Origin: Balanoglossus misakiensis
Taxonomy: Eukaryota; Animalia; Hemichordata
Reading direction: 5' to 3'
Length of the DNA: 64,000 nt
NCBI GenBank assembly: GCA_040954595.2
Contig: CM082588.2
Span: forward strand, 1,479,935 to 1,543,934
Shown piece after piece: positions 62,343-64,000 of the stretch (its first letter is position 1; each line of letters begins with the position of its first letter). A program made the translations under genes and the position numbers. The notes below the pieces were generated by a model. The model had not been told where the DNA came from. It was given only the letters and a program-made list of their open reading frames with translations, and did no database searches.

Positions 62343-62454
62343 CTGCAATGGTATAAAATTTAACACATGGTATTTACATCACATCATGTAATTTCTTACT
62401 TGAAAAAGAATTACAACATCTATTTACAAAATAAATAACCAAGGAATTGAAGTA

Positions 62455-62598
62455 CAGTCAAATCTCTGTTAGTGGCCACCTTTATATAGTGGTCACCTCT
62501 ATATAGTGGCCACTTTGTTACAGTCCCTATGCAATTCACATGTGCATTAATTAACCTCTATATAAAGGCCACCTGTCTATAAAGGCCAGGTTTGACTG
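62455..62598. mobile_element. Tc1/mariner(pogo)-type MITE, 144 bp
   Basis: TA|CAGTCAAATCT ... AGGTTTGACTG|TA, with internal (A)GTGGCCACCT.TATAT repeats. Confidence 0.8.
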
Positions 62599-64000
62599 TA
62601 ATATTAATTGCACAGTTGCAAGTGTCAAAGTATCTTGTTTGAATTCTGTTGTTCATGTATGATTAGGAAGGAATAATATTCTACAAGTTACAAAACCGAC
62701 GTCGACATTATAAATCTTACAGATATTAAAAATAGTCAAGCACTGCACCAGAAGATGTAACAATACAAACGTAATTAGTTGCATATGAAGTCCAGAAGAA
62801 TGGGTTGATCAACATTCACCATTCTTTGACTTGGACAAATATATCTGCAGGAATGCTTTACCTTTCTTTCCAATAGTCATCATCACAGTACCTTCCAAGG
62901 ACTGGTGCCTGGTAGTGACAGTGCTGGCAATACATGAGGACATATCTTTTCCAAAAACGATACAATTACACATTTCCATAAAAAATGGCAAAATTAATAT
63001 TATGACATTAATGAGAAACAGCTGCTTCGTTTGCATAAATCATGTACCACTTAGGCACTTCATCATGCTGTGTAGGGCGTTACCGTCTGATCGTGGAGAG
63101 ACCTTTGACCCGTTCTGAGGAAGACTAAATACTCCACCCCTTTACCTATCAATCACTGTTGCTGCTGTCATCCAACATAATTTGTTACTTTTTTTTATTT
63201 TATGCAGTTTTGATTGATTGCTCAATACACACGTGTTCGTTGATGGTTAGACTCAACTTGTTGCGTAGAAGTATAAAGCTTGTTATGATATCAACTGACC
63301 TGGTGAAAAAACAGTCACAATTCTCAATATATATTTGTTATTCAGTCATCTTACAAACATTCTCCAGTTTGATTTACTGTAAAATATGTGATATTATGAA
63401 TCATTCAAGATCATTTCAAATCAAAGGTGGATGCATTGTTTTAAAGTAACACAATGCGACAAAACTATGATGTTGAACTGGGCTAGAATGTTAACGGACA
63501 TGAAATGAGTCTGCAGCCACCAATTCAACTCAACTGGATGAGTAATGAATAACACTTTCCACAAATTTCTTTGTTACAAATATAAATACATCGCCACTTT
63601 GTTTGGCAGATTTTCCATCCATCATACTTGTAGGTTTTTGTTAATGTACCATCTGGGCACGATCGAACCAGGTGTCTCAAACTGAAAGTGCCATGTTATT
63701 ATTATTGTTTACAGCGGCACGTGCTGTTTGACAAAGACAAACTTTTCAATCCGTACGTCATTTACCTGCAAACAATACCAGTAGAACACACTTATCCGTT
63801 GTTCGCGACTGTGTATACTCACTTTAAAAATGAAACTTGAGTGATTCGACACATGTGTTCATATACTAGTGACTTATGGTCAGGAGTGTCACCAGAAACA
63901 AATAGGTGCTGGCGGCGACCGTTGTACCAAATAGATAATCGTTTATGTTGACTTTGAATTAATACTTTGAATGTATATAATTTACAATTATTTCATAGAC

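Overview
AT-rich, intron-containing animal genomic DNA. The gene families and repeat types suggest an invertebrate deuterostome such as a hemichordate or echinoderm (inference only). Hand-splicing with GT-AG sites and consistent phases gives four genes and two lone exons. (1) An 11-exon minus-strand gene (8671..2206, 1024 aa) for a secreted mosaic protein: signal peptide, CTLD, CCP/sushi, CTLD, CCP, CTLD, Thr-rich mucin repeat, PAN/apple-like domain. (2) Two further phase-1 signal-peptide exons on the minus strand: 114..24, probably the start of a neighbouring gene that runs off the window, and 14850..14769, an orphan or alternative first exon. (3) A class A GPCR with a single coding exon (31265..32323, +) and non-canonical TM5/TM6/ECL2. 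(4) Two tandem galactose-3-O-sulfotransferase-family genes on the minus strand (59436..57543 and about 62342..61057). Non-coding DNA holds several TIR elements: a 3.1-kb Academ-like element with a 4-bp TSD and a nested foldback TTAA MITE, a Harbinger-type MITE, and Tc1/mariner-type MITEs (one with a nested insertion). It also holds micro- and minisatellites. No prokaryotic features, rRNA, tRNA or CRISPR arrays were seen. Most short ORFs in the supplied track are spurious.
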